From Deltaproteobacteria bacterium (GTDB lineage Bacteria > Desulfobacterota > Desulfobaccia > Desulfobaccales > 0-14-0-80-60-11), in NCBI GenBank assembly GCA_030655955.1, contig JAUSOZ010000015.1:1669-65668 (forward strand): 64,000 bases of DNA, in the 5' to 3' direction. Under the pieces are notes generated by a model. The model was not told where the DNA came from and did not search any database. It saw nothing but the letters and a program-made list of their open reading frames with translations. A program made the translations under genes and the position numbers. Shown here piece after piece: positions 25,940 through 34,380 of this stretch. Numbering within the stretch: position 1 is the first letter of the stretch; each line of letters starts with the position of its first letter.

Positions 25940-28489
25940 CTATTTACCCACGTGTTCCTGCACGAAGTCCTTAATATACCATTCTACAATACTATCCGAA
26001 AACAGCACCATGTCCAGTTGTTTGGTGTAATGCGTGAGTTTACCCAGCAGGGTGAGCCGCTGGGCCATCTGCTCGGCGGGGTATTTGGCGAGACGGGCCT
26101 CGATGAGCTCGCCTTTGCGCCGGTGATTCAGGTGGAGGTGGTCGATGATGGCCTCGATGAGGCGGGCGCGGCGCTCCCGGCGCTCCGGGGTGGAGCCGCC
26201 GCCCCGGAACCCGAAGGTGAGGTAGTTGTCGTTCACCTGGTCCGAGACGTAGGCCTCCACCGTGGAGAGATGATACCCCAGGCGGATGCTGAAATTCATG
26301 TAATTTTTGGCGAGCACGACATAACTCTGGTCCCGCCAGGGGTCGGCGCCCTGGGCCACCTCGGCCTCGCCCTTGACAAAGACCGAGGACAGGCTCTTGA
26401 CCCCGGCGGGTGCAGCCTGGGCCCAGCGCATGGCGGTGAGGCCCTTCCAGAAGGCCTGGAAGGGGAGGGAGTCCACCTGTTCGGGTTTGACCTTGCGGCC
26501 CCAGCCCCTTTTCAGCACGCCGCCCAGATCCAGGATTCTGACCTTGATGGGCAGCCCGGAATCCAGGTCCACGACCTCGCCGGCGGTGTCGATTTCATTT
26601 TCCGCCAGGCGGAACATTTCCCGCATGGAATATTCGTGGGCGTAGCGCACGATGTCATGGATGGTGCGGCAGTGAGACGGTGAGAACGTGGCGTCATCTT
26701 CGGGATTGATCAGGTTCAAGGGGACGATCTTTTGCACCACATTCTTTAAGGTTTGAAACACCGGGCTGTCAGCCAGGTCATTTTTTTTATGCCGCAGTTC
26801 CAGGAGTTCCGGGATCAGGCCGGCGTAGACGTTATTATAGTTGGCGTCCACGGTGACCACTTGTCCGGGTTGCAGGATTTGGGTGGCGTTGCCGGTATTG
26901 AGAATGGTGGGGACCTGGAATTCCCGGGCCAGGAGGGCCATGTGGCCGGTGGGGCTGCCGGCGTCGGTAAGGATGGCGGCGGTCTGGGGCATGACGGTGA
27001 CATATTTGGTTGAGGTGTGGCGGGCCACCAGGACGCTGCCGGCGGGGAAGTTCTTCAGATCCGCATCCCGGCGCACCAGGAACACCGGACCGGCCCCGAC
27101 GCCGCGGCAGGCTACGGTGCCGTGGTCAATGAGCACGGCATGCTCCTTCAGGGTCCGGGCCGGCGGCTCCGGGGTCTTGGGGGGCGGGAGCTGCAGCGGC
27201 CGGCTCTGGAGGAGCCAGAGGGCCCCGGTTTCATCCAGGGCCCACTCCACGTCCTGGGGTTTGGCGAAATGGGCCTCCAGGGTGGCGGCCCAGTGCACCA
27301 GTTGGGTAATCTGGCCCTGGTCCAGGCAGGGGGCGCTGACCAGCTCCGGCGGCACCGGCACCTCGGCTTCGCCGCCCTGGGGCCGGCAGACCAGCATGAC
27401 CTCCTTGGGGGGAATCGTTTGGGCCAGGACCTGGCCCGGCGGCTGGTAGGCCACCAGGTAGTGATCCGGGTTGATGACGCCGCCTACGGCGTATCTGCCC
27501 AAGCCCCAGACGGCGTTGATGAAGGCAGCCTCCTGGCCGGCGTCATCGGGCTGGCGGGTGAAGAGCACCCCGCTGGCCCGGGCCTGGATCATGGGCATCA
27601 CCACCACGCCCATGGCCATCTCTTCTTCCTTGAACCCCTTGTTCTTGTAGTAAAACAGGGCGCGAGGAGTGAACAGGCTGGCGACGATATCCTTATAGCG
27701 GCTGCTGAGGGATTCGGGGGCCACGTTGAGATAGGTGGCGTACTGGCCGGCGAAGGTCAGGGTGAGGTCCTCGCCCACGGCGGAAGAGCGCATGGCCACC
27801 CGGGGCCGGCGGGGCTCCCGGGCCGCCAGGCGCTCGTAGGCCTCGGTGATGGCCGCCTCCAGTTCCGGGGGTACTTGGGCCGCGAGGATCATCTGCTTTA
27901 AGTCCTCGCTGACCCGGGCCAGGCTGTCCAGATCATCCAGGCGCCAGTGCCCCAGCAATTCCGTCAGCCGGGCCGCCAGGTGATTGTGATCCAGGAAAAC
28001 CTTGTAGGCGTGGGTGGAAATGGCAAAGCCGGCGGGGACCGGCAGGCCCACGCGGTTTTTGACCTCCCCCAGATTGGCGTTTTTGCCCCCCACCACGTCA
28101 CCCATGGTGGCGTTGATGGCCTCGAAGTCAATCACCAGGGGGGCTACGGGGATCTCGCGGCGGTGGGTCAGGACTGCCTCCACCTCCCGGCTGATGCGGG
28201 CCAGGGCCTCGGACAGCCCTTGATAGCGGTTGCCCCCCAAGCCATTGAGGGCATCGACCAACTTGGCCGTTTCCTGGTGGAGTTGACTGACCGCGGCGCG
28301 GATGTATTGGAGGTCAAACAGGTAGTCGCCCGACAGCTTCTCTTCCATGTCGGCCATCAGGGTCAGGACCTGGTTGTTGGCGGAGAGCAAGGCCTGAAAG
28401 TGGGTGTATTTTTCCGCCAGCTCCGCCTGGGTTTTACCCGGCGTGGCCTTGGTAAGACGTTGCCAGGCGCGTTTCAGGGTGGTCACCAT
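25940..28489 (-). CDS. Dikinase-like protein P2 (paralog of P1/P3)
   Basis: Same architecture: GGKNANLGEVKNRVGLPVPAGF, MRSSAVGEDLTLTFAGQ, PQDVEWAL..LWLLQSRP and swivel GSPTGHMALLAREFQVPTIL. The C-terminal domain has HCRTIHDIVRY, LDLGG, RLGYHL, NDNYLTFGFRGGGS and RRERRARL. The stop lies 7 nt before the HK start. ATG at 28489 (after GGGGAG) is preferred over the TTG at 28507. Confidence 0.85.
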   Translation of the reverse strand: MVTTLKRAWQRLTKATPGKTQAELAEKYTHFQALLSANNQVLTLMADMEEKLSGDYLFDLQYIRAAVSQLHQETAKLVDALNGLGGNRYQGLSEALARISREVEAVLTHRREIPVAPLVIDFEAINATMGDVVGGKNANLGEVKNRVGLPVPAGFAISTHAYKVFLDHNHLAARLTELLGHWRLDDLDSLARVSEDLKQMILAAQVPPELEAAITEAYERLAAREPRRPRVAMRSSAVGEDLTLTFAGQYATYLNVAPESLSSRYKDIVASLFTPRALFYYKNKGFKEEEMAMGVVVMPMIQARASGVLFTRQPDDAGQEAAFINAVWGLGRYAVGGVINPDHYLVAYQPPGQVLAQTIPPKEVMLVCRPQGGEAEVPVPPELVSAPCLDQGQITQLVHWAATLEAHFAKPQDVEWALDETGALWLLQSRPLQLPPPKTPEPPARTLKEHAVLIDHGTVACRGVGAGPVFLVRRDADLKNFPAGSVLVARHTSTKYVTVMPQTAAILTDAGSPTGHMALLAREFQVPTILNTGNATQILQPGQVVTVDANYNNVYAGLIPELLELRHKKNDLADSPVFQTLKNVVQKIVPLNLINPEDDATFSPSHCRTIHDIVRYAHEYSMREMFRLAENEIDTAGEVVDLDSGLPIKVRILDLGGVLKRGWGRKVKPEQVDSLPFQAFWKGLTAMRWAQAAPAGVKSLSSVFVKGEAEVAQGADPWRDQSYVVLAKNYMNFSIRLGYHLSTVEAYVSDQVNDNYLTFGFRGGGSTPERRERRARLIEAIIDHLHLNHRRKGELIEARLAKYPAEQMAQRLTLLGKLTHYTKQLDMVLFSDSIVEWYIKDFVQEHVGK

Positions 28490-28624
28490 CGCTCCCCATT
28501 GCCGCAAATATAGACAGGACTGCCATTGGCATCAAACAATCAAAAATTATATCAAATTTTAGCTCAATTGCCAGTCCGCTCCGGCTGGCGCCCGGGCGTA
28601 TTTTGGGGCAAGGAACGGGGAGAG

Positions 28625-28657
28625 AGTAGTCAGTAGCCGGTGGGCAGTGGTCAGTGC
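28625..28657. repeat. Degenerate CAGTNGY heptamer array
   Basis: agtagt cagtagc cggtggg cagtggt cagtgct. A partially complementary array gactatc gaccact gccagtt lies at 28785-28810. Confidence 0.6.
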
Positions 28658-28682
28658 TAAAGAAAATCCCGACCATGTACCA

Positions 28683-28768
28683 GTAGGGAGCGTCTCACGC
28701 GCCATTCGTGGTGCGTAAGACGCACCCTACGAAGGGAAACGGCCTTTTTGAACGCAACTCGGCATCAG
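28683..28768. repeat. Composite repeat: long family-C hairpin (GTAGGGAGCGTCTCACGC..GCGTAAGACGCACCCTAC) + TTTTTGAACGCAACTCGGCATCAG module
   Basis: The C module recurs at 31783 and 43829. The TTGAACGCAACTCGG.ATCAG module recurs inverted at 31855-31881 and as a truncated TTTTTGAACG at 43856. Confidence 0.7.
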
Positions 28769-28857
28769 TGTTGCAGAAATCTCCGACTATCGACCACTGC
28801 CAGTTATACTTCACCCCCTGAACCCACTTATTATTCAGAGCGGAAAAAAGATTACTT

Positions 28858-28979
28858 CCCCCTCACCCTAACCCTCTCCCCCATTGGGGGAGAGGGGAAA
28901 AGATGGAACCGATTTAAGGCGCTGCGATCATTAAACCCGGAGTTTAACCTACTCCCTCTCCCCCGCCGGGGGAGAGGGG
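28858..28979. repeat. Two family-A hairpins (CCCTCTCCCC-loop-GGGGAGAGGG)
   Basis: cccctcaccctaaccctctcccccattgggggagagggg (28858-28896) and ccctctcccccgccgggggagagggg (28954-28979). Related copies lie at 20119-20170, 37939-37962 and 41257-41295. Confidence 0.8.
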
Positions 28980-29026
28980 ACAAGGATGGAATCCCTTTAA
29001 GGCTCGCATGAATGACCGCTGCCGGG

Positions 29027-30769
29027 CTAATAGGCCAGGAGCAGATAGACCGTGGCTATGACCACCGTAACCAGCATGGGCGCCATGCAGGCCTTGATGT
29101 AGGCCATGAAGGAGATGTGGTAGCCCGCTTTTTCCGCCAGGCCCACGGTGACCACGTTGGCGGAGGCTCCGATCATGGTGCCGTTGCCGCCGAAGCAGGC
29201 CCCCAGGGACAGGGCCCACCAGAGCACCCCGGACTCCGCCCCCGGGATGGTTTGGTTGAGAAAGGCGACAATGGGCAGCATGGTGGCGGTGAAGGGAATG
29301 TTGTCGATGGCGGCGGAAGCGAGGGCCGACACCCAGAGGACCAGGATGACCGCCACCACCAGGTTGCCTTGGGAGAGATGCGCCACCCACTCGGCGATGA
29401 ACTGGATCAGGCCGGTCTCCTCGGCCCCGGCCACCACGATGAACAGGGCCATGAAGAACACCAGGGTGGGCCACTCCACTTCGTGCTCCAGCATTTCCAC
29501 GATGTCGACCCCGGAGATGGCCAGGAGCAGCATGGCGCCGGTGAGGGCGGCGATGGAGGGCTCCATGTGAAACACCCCGTGGAGGACGAACAGGAGGATG
29601 GTGAATACCAGCATCACCAGGCACTTGATGAGCAGCACCTTATCGGTGATGCGGTATTCCTGTTTCATGTAGGCGGTGGTGCGCTCCACATCCTTGACCT
29701 CGGCCTCTTTATAGGAGCGGCGATACCAGAAGATGTAGAAGGCCACGCTGAAGACCATGCTAATGACGACGACCAGGGTGAGGTTGTTCAAAAAGGCCCC
29801 GAAGGAGAGGTTGGCATAGGAGCCGATCAAGATATTGGGGGGGTCGCCGATCAGGGTGGCGGTGCCGCCGACGTTGGAGGCAAAGACCTCGGGAATCAGC
29901 AGGGCAATGGGGTTCAATTTCAAGGCCACGGCGATCTCGATGGTCACCGGGATCATCAACAGCATGGTGGTGACGTTGTCCAGGAAGGCCGAGGCCACCG
30001 CGGTGACCACCATGAGAATGCCGGCCAGGATATAAATATTGCCCCGGGCCATGGCAAAGGATTTGTAGGCCAGCCACTGGAACAAGCCGGTCTTTTTCAA
30101 GACCCCGACAATGATCATCATCCCCATGAGGAGGAAGATGACGTTCATGTCGATGGCCCGCATGGCGTCATCGAAAGAGATGACGAAGTACCCCGGGTTG
30201 AAGGTCCCGAACACATAAGAGATGAACATGATGGCCGCGGCCCCGAGAAACGCCGCCAGGGTGCGGTGCATCAGTTCAAAGGCGATGAGGGCGTAGACCA
30301 GGAACAAGACCAGGGTGGCGATCCAGAAGGCCGGAGTCACCGCCCGGAGCAGGGTGAGGTGGGCCTGGGCCTGGAAGAGGTTGTTTCCCGACTGGTCGGT
30401 GCCCCCGGGCAAGAGGGTCACCGGTGCGGGGGGCAGATTGCGCCAGTTGGGCTTCTTGGCCTGGATCTCGACCCGGGCCCCGGCCAGGGTGCCGGCGGGG
30501 AGGTGGAACTGGGCCAGAAAACCGCCCTGGCTGCCGGTGACAATGGTGGTTTTCTTGCCTTCCGGTTTGAGGTGACGGCCGTTGACCAGCACCTCGACGT
30601 CGGCTTCCTTGACGCCCCGGCCTTCGGTGTTGAGGATGGAACCGGCCAGGCTGAGGCGGTCCTGGGGGCCGGGGTCGGCGGCCCGGGCGCAGGTGGGGCT
30701 CAGGCCGGGGATGAGAATCAACCATAAAAATATGAGTAAAAAAACCCCATGTCTCTTAGTCATAGGCAC
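29027..30769 (-). CDS. ArsB/NhaD-superfamily (SLC13/CitMHS-like) anion permease with N-terminal signal peptide and ~120-aa periplasmic domain
   Basis: Signal peptide (VFLLIFLWLILIPGLSPTCARA), followed by a beta-rich segment (GSILNTEGRGVKEADVEVLVNGRHL ... ARVEIQAKKPNW) and ~11-12 TM helices. The permease part shows duplicated motifs (DNVTTMLLMIPV / IDNIPFTATMLPIV, GGTATLIGDPPN / GGNGTMIGASAN). Confidence 0.8.
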   Translation of the reverse strand: MPMTKRHGVFLLIFLWLILIPGLSPTCARAADPGPQDRLSLAGSILNTEGRGVKEADVEVLVNGRHLKPEGKKTTIVTGSQGGFLAQFHLPAGTLAGARVEIQAKKPNWRNLPPAPVTLLPGGTDQSGNNLFQAQAHLTLLRAVTPAFWIATLVLFLVYALIAFELMHRTLAAFLGAAAIMFISYVFGTFNPGYFVISFDDAMRAIDMNVIFLLMGMMIIVGVLKKTGLFQWLAYKSFAMARGNIYILAGILMVVTAVASAFLDNVTTMLLMIPVTIEIAVALKLNPIALLIPEVFASNVGGTATLIGDPPNILIGSYANLSFGAFLNNLTLVVVISMVFSVAFYIFWYRRSYKEAEVKDVERTTAYMKQEYRITDKVLLIKCLVMLVFTILLFVLHGVFHMEPSIAALTGAMLLLAISGVDIVEMLEHEVEWPTLVFFMALFIVVAGAEETGLIQFIAEWVAHLSQGNLVVAVILVLWVSALASAAIDNIPFTATMLPIVAFLNQTIPGAESGVLWWALSLGACFGGNGTMIGASANVVTVGLAEKAGYHISFMAYIKACMAPMLVTVVIATVYLLLAY

Positions 30770-31069
30770 CTTCCTGTCGTGGCTAAAAGCCGGGAGATAG
30801 TTTGTGGTCGCGGTTAAATATGAGAAAGTCCGGGGAGGCTTGAGCCTCGCCCTCCCCGGGCTTTTATGTTTACTGGCTGGGCCTTAAGGACCGTGACGAT
30901 GTTGAAACCGGCCAGCGGACGCGGGGTCAAGAGGGGGGAGGGTGGCGGAAGGCGTTTCCGGCCCTCCCCTTATATAAAACCGGCGCGCGCTACAGCTTGG
31001 GCGCCAACACCGGCATACCCGGCATGGGTGGTATTATTGCACTGGCATGGCGGTTTCAGGTAGTTACGG

Positions 31070-31582
31070 TTAAGCCTGGTCGCCCAGCACCAGCTGGGCG
31101 ACCTCATGGAACAGATCGCTTAAGCGGATCATCCCGGCCACCTTGCCCGCCTGCATCACCGGCAAGAAGCCGACGTTTTCCTGGATCATCAGGTAGAGGG
31201 CCTTGGCGACGGGGGCGCTGGCGTCCACGGTGACCTGAATGGGGCACATGACCTCGTTCACCGGGCGCTGGGACGCGGTCCTCATATTGGGGCCCAGGAG
31301 ATCTCCCATGAGGACGGTGAGATTGGGGTCCATCGCCACGAGGCTGGTCTCTTGGAGAAAACTGGGCTCCAGGCCCTTGATCATGTTCCGTAAAGTCAGG
31401 ATACCCATGAGCTGATATTTTTCGTCAAAGACCAGCACGGCCCGGGGCTCAAAGGCGCCTTCAAACTTGCCCACGGCTTCCCGGACAATGGCCATGGCCT
31501 GGCGCAAGGTGAACCAATAGGGAATGTGGGGAAAGTCCGCCAGGGGGATCATGAGATCCTTGACTTTTTTATCATTGGCCAT
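31070..31582 (-). CDS. CBS-pair domain protein
   Basis: 170 aa with two CBS-like repeats (VKDLMIPL ... MAIVREA ... LVFDEKYQLMGILTLRNM; VNEVMCP ... VTVDASAPVAKALYLMIQENVGFLPVMQAGKVAGMIRLSDL). Confidence 0.8.
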   Translation of the reverse strand: MANDKKVKDLMIPLADFPHIPYWFTLRQAMAIVREAVGKFEGAFEPRAVLVFDEKYQLMGILTLRNMIKGLEPSFLQETSLVAMDPNLTVLMGDLLGPNMRTASQRPVNEVMCPIQVTVDASAPVAKALYLMIQENVGFLPVMQAGKVAGMIRLSDLFHEVAQLVLGDQA

Positions 31583-31782
31583 GACAGAACTCCTCGAAGG
31601 TCGCCCCTTGTTACATTTTTCACAAAATCTTGGTTACTTTTTTAAGGGAATAAGCTTGAAAAGTCAAGCTAATAATAGGGCAGGGCCTGGTTTTCCCTGG
31701 GACAGAAAAATGATTAAGTGTAATGCTTCACAAGCCCCGGGCAGGTTATCGATCCGGTCCATGGCCGGCGGATGGAATAGCT

Positions 31783-31804
31783 GGTGCGTAGGACGCACCC
31801 TACG
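31783..31804. repeat. Family-C hairpin GGTGCGTAGGACGCACCCTACG
   Basis: Identical 22-mer at 43829-43850. One-base variant at 28709-28730. Confidence 0.8.
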
Positions 31805-31854
31805 GGAATTGCACCGGATAGACAGCCTGTGCCACCATTTGGTTGTATTTTGGT

Positions 31855-32106
31855 CTGATACCGAGTTGCGTTCAACAGGCAATTATTTGCAGACGCAGGC
31901 TTTACCGTGAAACTTCAAATCCCCCTCAATCCCCCTTTAAAAAAGGGGGACTTTAAGGAAGCCGCAGTCTTTTCCCCCCTTTTCTAAAGGGGGGGTAGGG
32001 GGGATTTTCATCCCCGGGAGTGACCAACCCCGAGGTCATGGACGTTTCGCTTGCGCCAGCACAGGCAAGACGCATCTGTCGCCAATTGATTGCGACTTGG
32101 TATCAG
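31855..32106. mobile_element. MITE-like 252-bp composite palindrome
   Basis: Imperfect ~27-bp terminal inverted repeats: ctgataccgagttgcgttcaacaggca (31855-31881) and tgccaattgattgcgacttggtatcag (32080-32106). They enclose an inverted pair of family-D modules (31917-31955 and 31971-32008). No coding capacity. Confidence 0.4.
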
Positions 32107-32141
32107 GGGGCGTAAAACGCACCCAACCTGGAGCTTCGGGG

Positions 32142-32170
32142 ACAAAAGGGCGGCCCCCGAGGGGGCCGCC
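32142..32170 (-). terminator. Rho-independent terminator after the USP gene
   Basis: On the minus strand, GGCGGCCCCC-tc-GGGGGCCGCC is followed by CTTTTG, 30 nt downstream of the USP stop. The plus strand also has a TTTT tail, so it could be bidirectional. Confidence 0.55.
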
Positions 32171-32199
32171 AGGTTTTAGGGAGACTGCTATGGGTTGGC

Positions 32200-32619
32200 T
32201 CAATCCTGGGTCTTGACTACCAGGACCGAGCAGGGAGAGTAGGTTACCACCTGGGAGGCGGTGCTGCCCAGGAAGGACCTGGTTTTGCCGGCCAGGCCCC
32301 GGCTGCCGATGACGATGAGGTCGGCCTGCTGATCTTTGGCCACCTGGACGATCTCATCGGCAGGGGAGGCGCCGGTGGACAGGATCACCTCGGCGTCGAT
32401 GCCTTTGGCCTGGGCCACTTCCTTGGCCTTGGCCAGGGCGATTTCAGCCTGGGCCTTCATCTTCTCGGCGATATAGACTCCTTCTTCCAACTCCGGGATC
32501 TGCACGGCCACCGCGGTTAAGACTACGGTGGACGGGGCCTGGGCCTTGGCCAGGTCGCAGGCGGTTTCCACGGCTTTGAGGGAATAGGCCGAGCCATCCA
32601 CGGGAACTATGATCTTCAT
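32200..32619 (-). CDS. Universal stress protein (single USP domain)
   Basis: MKIIVPVDGS ... DLIVIGSRGLAGKTRSFLGSTASQVVTYSPCSVLVV, including the ATP-binding G-2x-G-9x-G(S/T) motif. The ATG at 32619 lies 1 nt after the TauE stop, preceded by AAAGGAGGGG. Confidence 0.9.
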   Translation of the reverse strand: MKIIVPVDGSAYSLKAVETACDLAKAQAPSTVVLTAVAVQIPELEEGVYIAEKMKAQAEIALAKAKEVAQAKGIDAEVILSTGASPADEIVQVAKDQQADLIVIGSRGLAGKTRSFLGSTASQVVTYSPCSVLVVKTQD

Positions 32620-32620
32620 G

Positions 32621-33658
32621 TTAGGCCCCTCCTTTGCCGGCATAGGCGGCCTTTTCGGCCTGTTCTTTCTTAAAGCCGTTATACAGTTTGATCATAATCA
32701 CGGCGCACATGCCCAGGGCGGCGGTCATGACCAGCCAGGCAGCGGCGGTGGTCAATTCGAACTGCTTCAGGGCCACGGAGGAACCGGCCAGGATGATCAT
32801 GATGGCAAAGAGCAGCCGGATGCCGTAGCCCCGGATGTACTTCACCGCGGTGACGCCGATCTGGGCGCCGATGGCGGCGCCGATGAGCATGAGGACCGCG
32901 GCGATGATCTCGACCCGGCCCTTGATGCCGTAGGTGAAGCAGCCATAGGCCCCGGAGAACAGCACCGAGAAGAGGTCGGTGCCGATGGCGATGGCCGTGG
33001 GACAGCCGATGAGGTAAATCAGGGCCGGCATGCGGATGAAGCCGCCGCCGACGCCCAGGAGGCCGGAGAGCCAGCCGGTAAAGAGGAACACCCCGGTGAC
33101 GGTCCACAAGGAGATGGTGATGCCGGAGGCCGGGAAGTGGATCATGGGCGGCAGGTTCCAGGCTTTGCGGACCGGCAGATCCAGCCCCGCCCGGGCCGCC
33201 TCGGCCACCTTGGCGGCCTGGACCGCAGCGCGTTTATCTTTGGTCAGGTAATCGTAGAGCATGTAGAAGCCCAGCCCGAAAAGCAGGACCATATATAAAT
33301 AACGCACCACCGGGCCGGCGATGCCCAGCTTGGTCAGCCACATGACGTTCTGGGCCCCGATCTCCACCCCGACGACCGAGCCGACGATGGACATGAGCCC
33401 CAGTTTCATGTCGACGTTGCCCATCTTGCGATGTTTGGCGGTGGCGACGATGGATTTGCCGAAGATGTGGGCCAGGTCGGTGCCGATGGCGTAGGCCATG
33501 GGAAAGCCGAAGATGTTCAGCGCCGGGGTCACCACCCAGGCGCCGCCGACTCCGAAGAAGCCGCCCAGCACCCCTACCGAGAAGCCGATAGCCACCAGGA
33601 TGAGGGCATTGAATTGCATCTCGGCAATGGGTAAATATACATTAAACATATCAAACAT
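32621..33658 (-). CDS. TauE/SafE-family anion exporter membrane protein (second copy)
   Basis: GFSVGVLGGFFGVGGAWVVTP and GWLSGLLGVGGGFIRMPAL repeats, 8 TM helices, and a central loop as in the 4139 copy. Confidence 0.8.
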   Translation of the reverse strand: MFDMFNVYLPIAEMQFNALILVAIGFSVGVLGGFFGVGGAWVVTPALNIFGFPMAYAIGTDLAHIFGKSIVATAKHRKMGNVDMKLGLMSIVGSVVGVEIGAQNVMWLTKLGIAGPVVRYLYMVLLFGLGFYMLYDYLTKDKRAAVQAAKVAEAARAGLDLPVRKAWNLPPMIHFPASGITISLWTVTGVFLFTGWLSGLLGVGGGFIRMPALIYLIGCPTAIAIGTDLFSVLFSGAYGCFTYGIKGRVEIIAAVLMLIGAAIGAQIGVTAVKYIRGYGIRLLFAIMIILAGSSVALKQFELTTAAAWLVMTAALGMCAVIMIKLYNGFKKEQAEKAAYAGKGGA

Positions 33659-33682
33659 TGCGCAGTTCCTCCCCTCCGGGTG

Positions 33683-33973
33683 TTATTCGTGGTGCTCCAT
33701 TTTGTGGACTTCCATGCCGATCATCTTTAAGATGATGTCAGTGACCAGGGCGATGACCAAGCCGATCACCCCCATGATCGCGGTGACCATGATGGCGTAG
33801 AGCCACATATTGTCGTTATACCAGCTGGCGAAGAAGTAATTGAGGCCGGTCAATTTCGCCAGATCGATTGTCTTCTGCAAGGGCTCGGCCTTCGCCACCC
33901 CCTCAGCAAACGCCAGATTGCTGGACACGGCCAGGAAAAAGAAGTTAAGAATGAGGACCATATATCGTTTCAC
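33683..33973 (-). CDS. Small membrane protein (signal peptide + 1 TM), co-transcribed with TauE
   Basis: MKRYMVLILNFFFLAVSSNLAFA signal and TM helix LYAIMVTAIMGVIGLVIALV. The stop lies 24 nt before the TauE ATG, with GGAGGGGAGG in between. Confidence 0.5.
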   Translation of the reverse strand: MKRYMVLILNFFFLAVSSNLAFAEGVAKAEPLQKTIDLAKLTGLNYFFASWYNDNMWLYAIMVTAIMGVIGLVIALVTDIILKMIGMEVHKMEHHE

Positions 33974-34206
33974 CGTCGTTCACCTCCCTTCAACCCATTG
34001 AATTTATGGTGCTAACCGTCGGCCAGGCCCCGAGACCGGCCAGGCTACCTTATTTCCGCTTTTTTTTGTCTGCCCTTTATACAGGCAATGGCCGTGCCAA
34101 GCCCTGGGGAAAAAAATGCGCATCGATTAACTAAGGGAATATAAAAGGAAACCATAGGGTAGGGGGCATTTTTCCCCGGAGGTTGGTGAGCCTTTTCTGT
34201 CAGGAA

Positions 34207-34223
34207 TTTTTACAGTGTGTAAA
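34207..34223. promoter_or_regulatory. Perfect palindrome TTTTACA-GTG-TGTAAAA upstream of P3
   Basis: 7-bp arms with a 3-bp spacer, 158 bp upstream of the P3 ATG and ~60 bp upstream of a TATAAT hexamer (34285-34290). Confidence 0.3.
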
Positions 34224-34380
34224 ACCAGGGAGAGGGTGGATGAGCCAAAAAAACTTGAGGCTTATCCGGCGATGATTTTCCGGCTATAATGTAACGAAAT
34301 CACCTTTTAGTAGCTTACTTTTGAGCTGAAAAGTATTATTCTGCTCAAGGTAGCCAAGGCAAATTCCTTCAGGGAAGTCT

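Noticed and set aside
29012-30727. 571-aa ORF on the plus strand
   Set aside because: It is antisense to the ArsB/NhaD-type permease. The translation is a G/D/H/E/Q-rich string with no hydrophobic core or motifs, so it is a GC artefact.
30830-30865. Hairpin CCGGGGAGG..CCTCCCCGG followed by TTTT between the CBS and permease genes, as a terminator
   Set aside because: The T-tract is on the plus strand, while both flanking genes are on the minus strand, where the hairpin is followed by GACTTTCTC. It is too ambiguous to call a terminator. It may be another GC-hairpin repeat.
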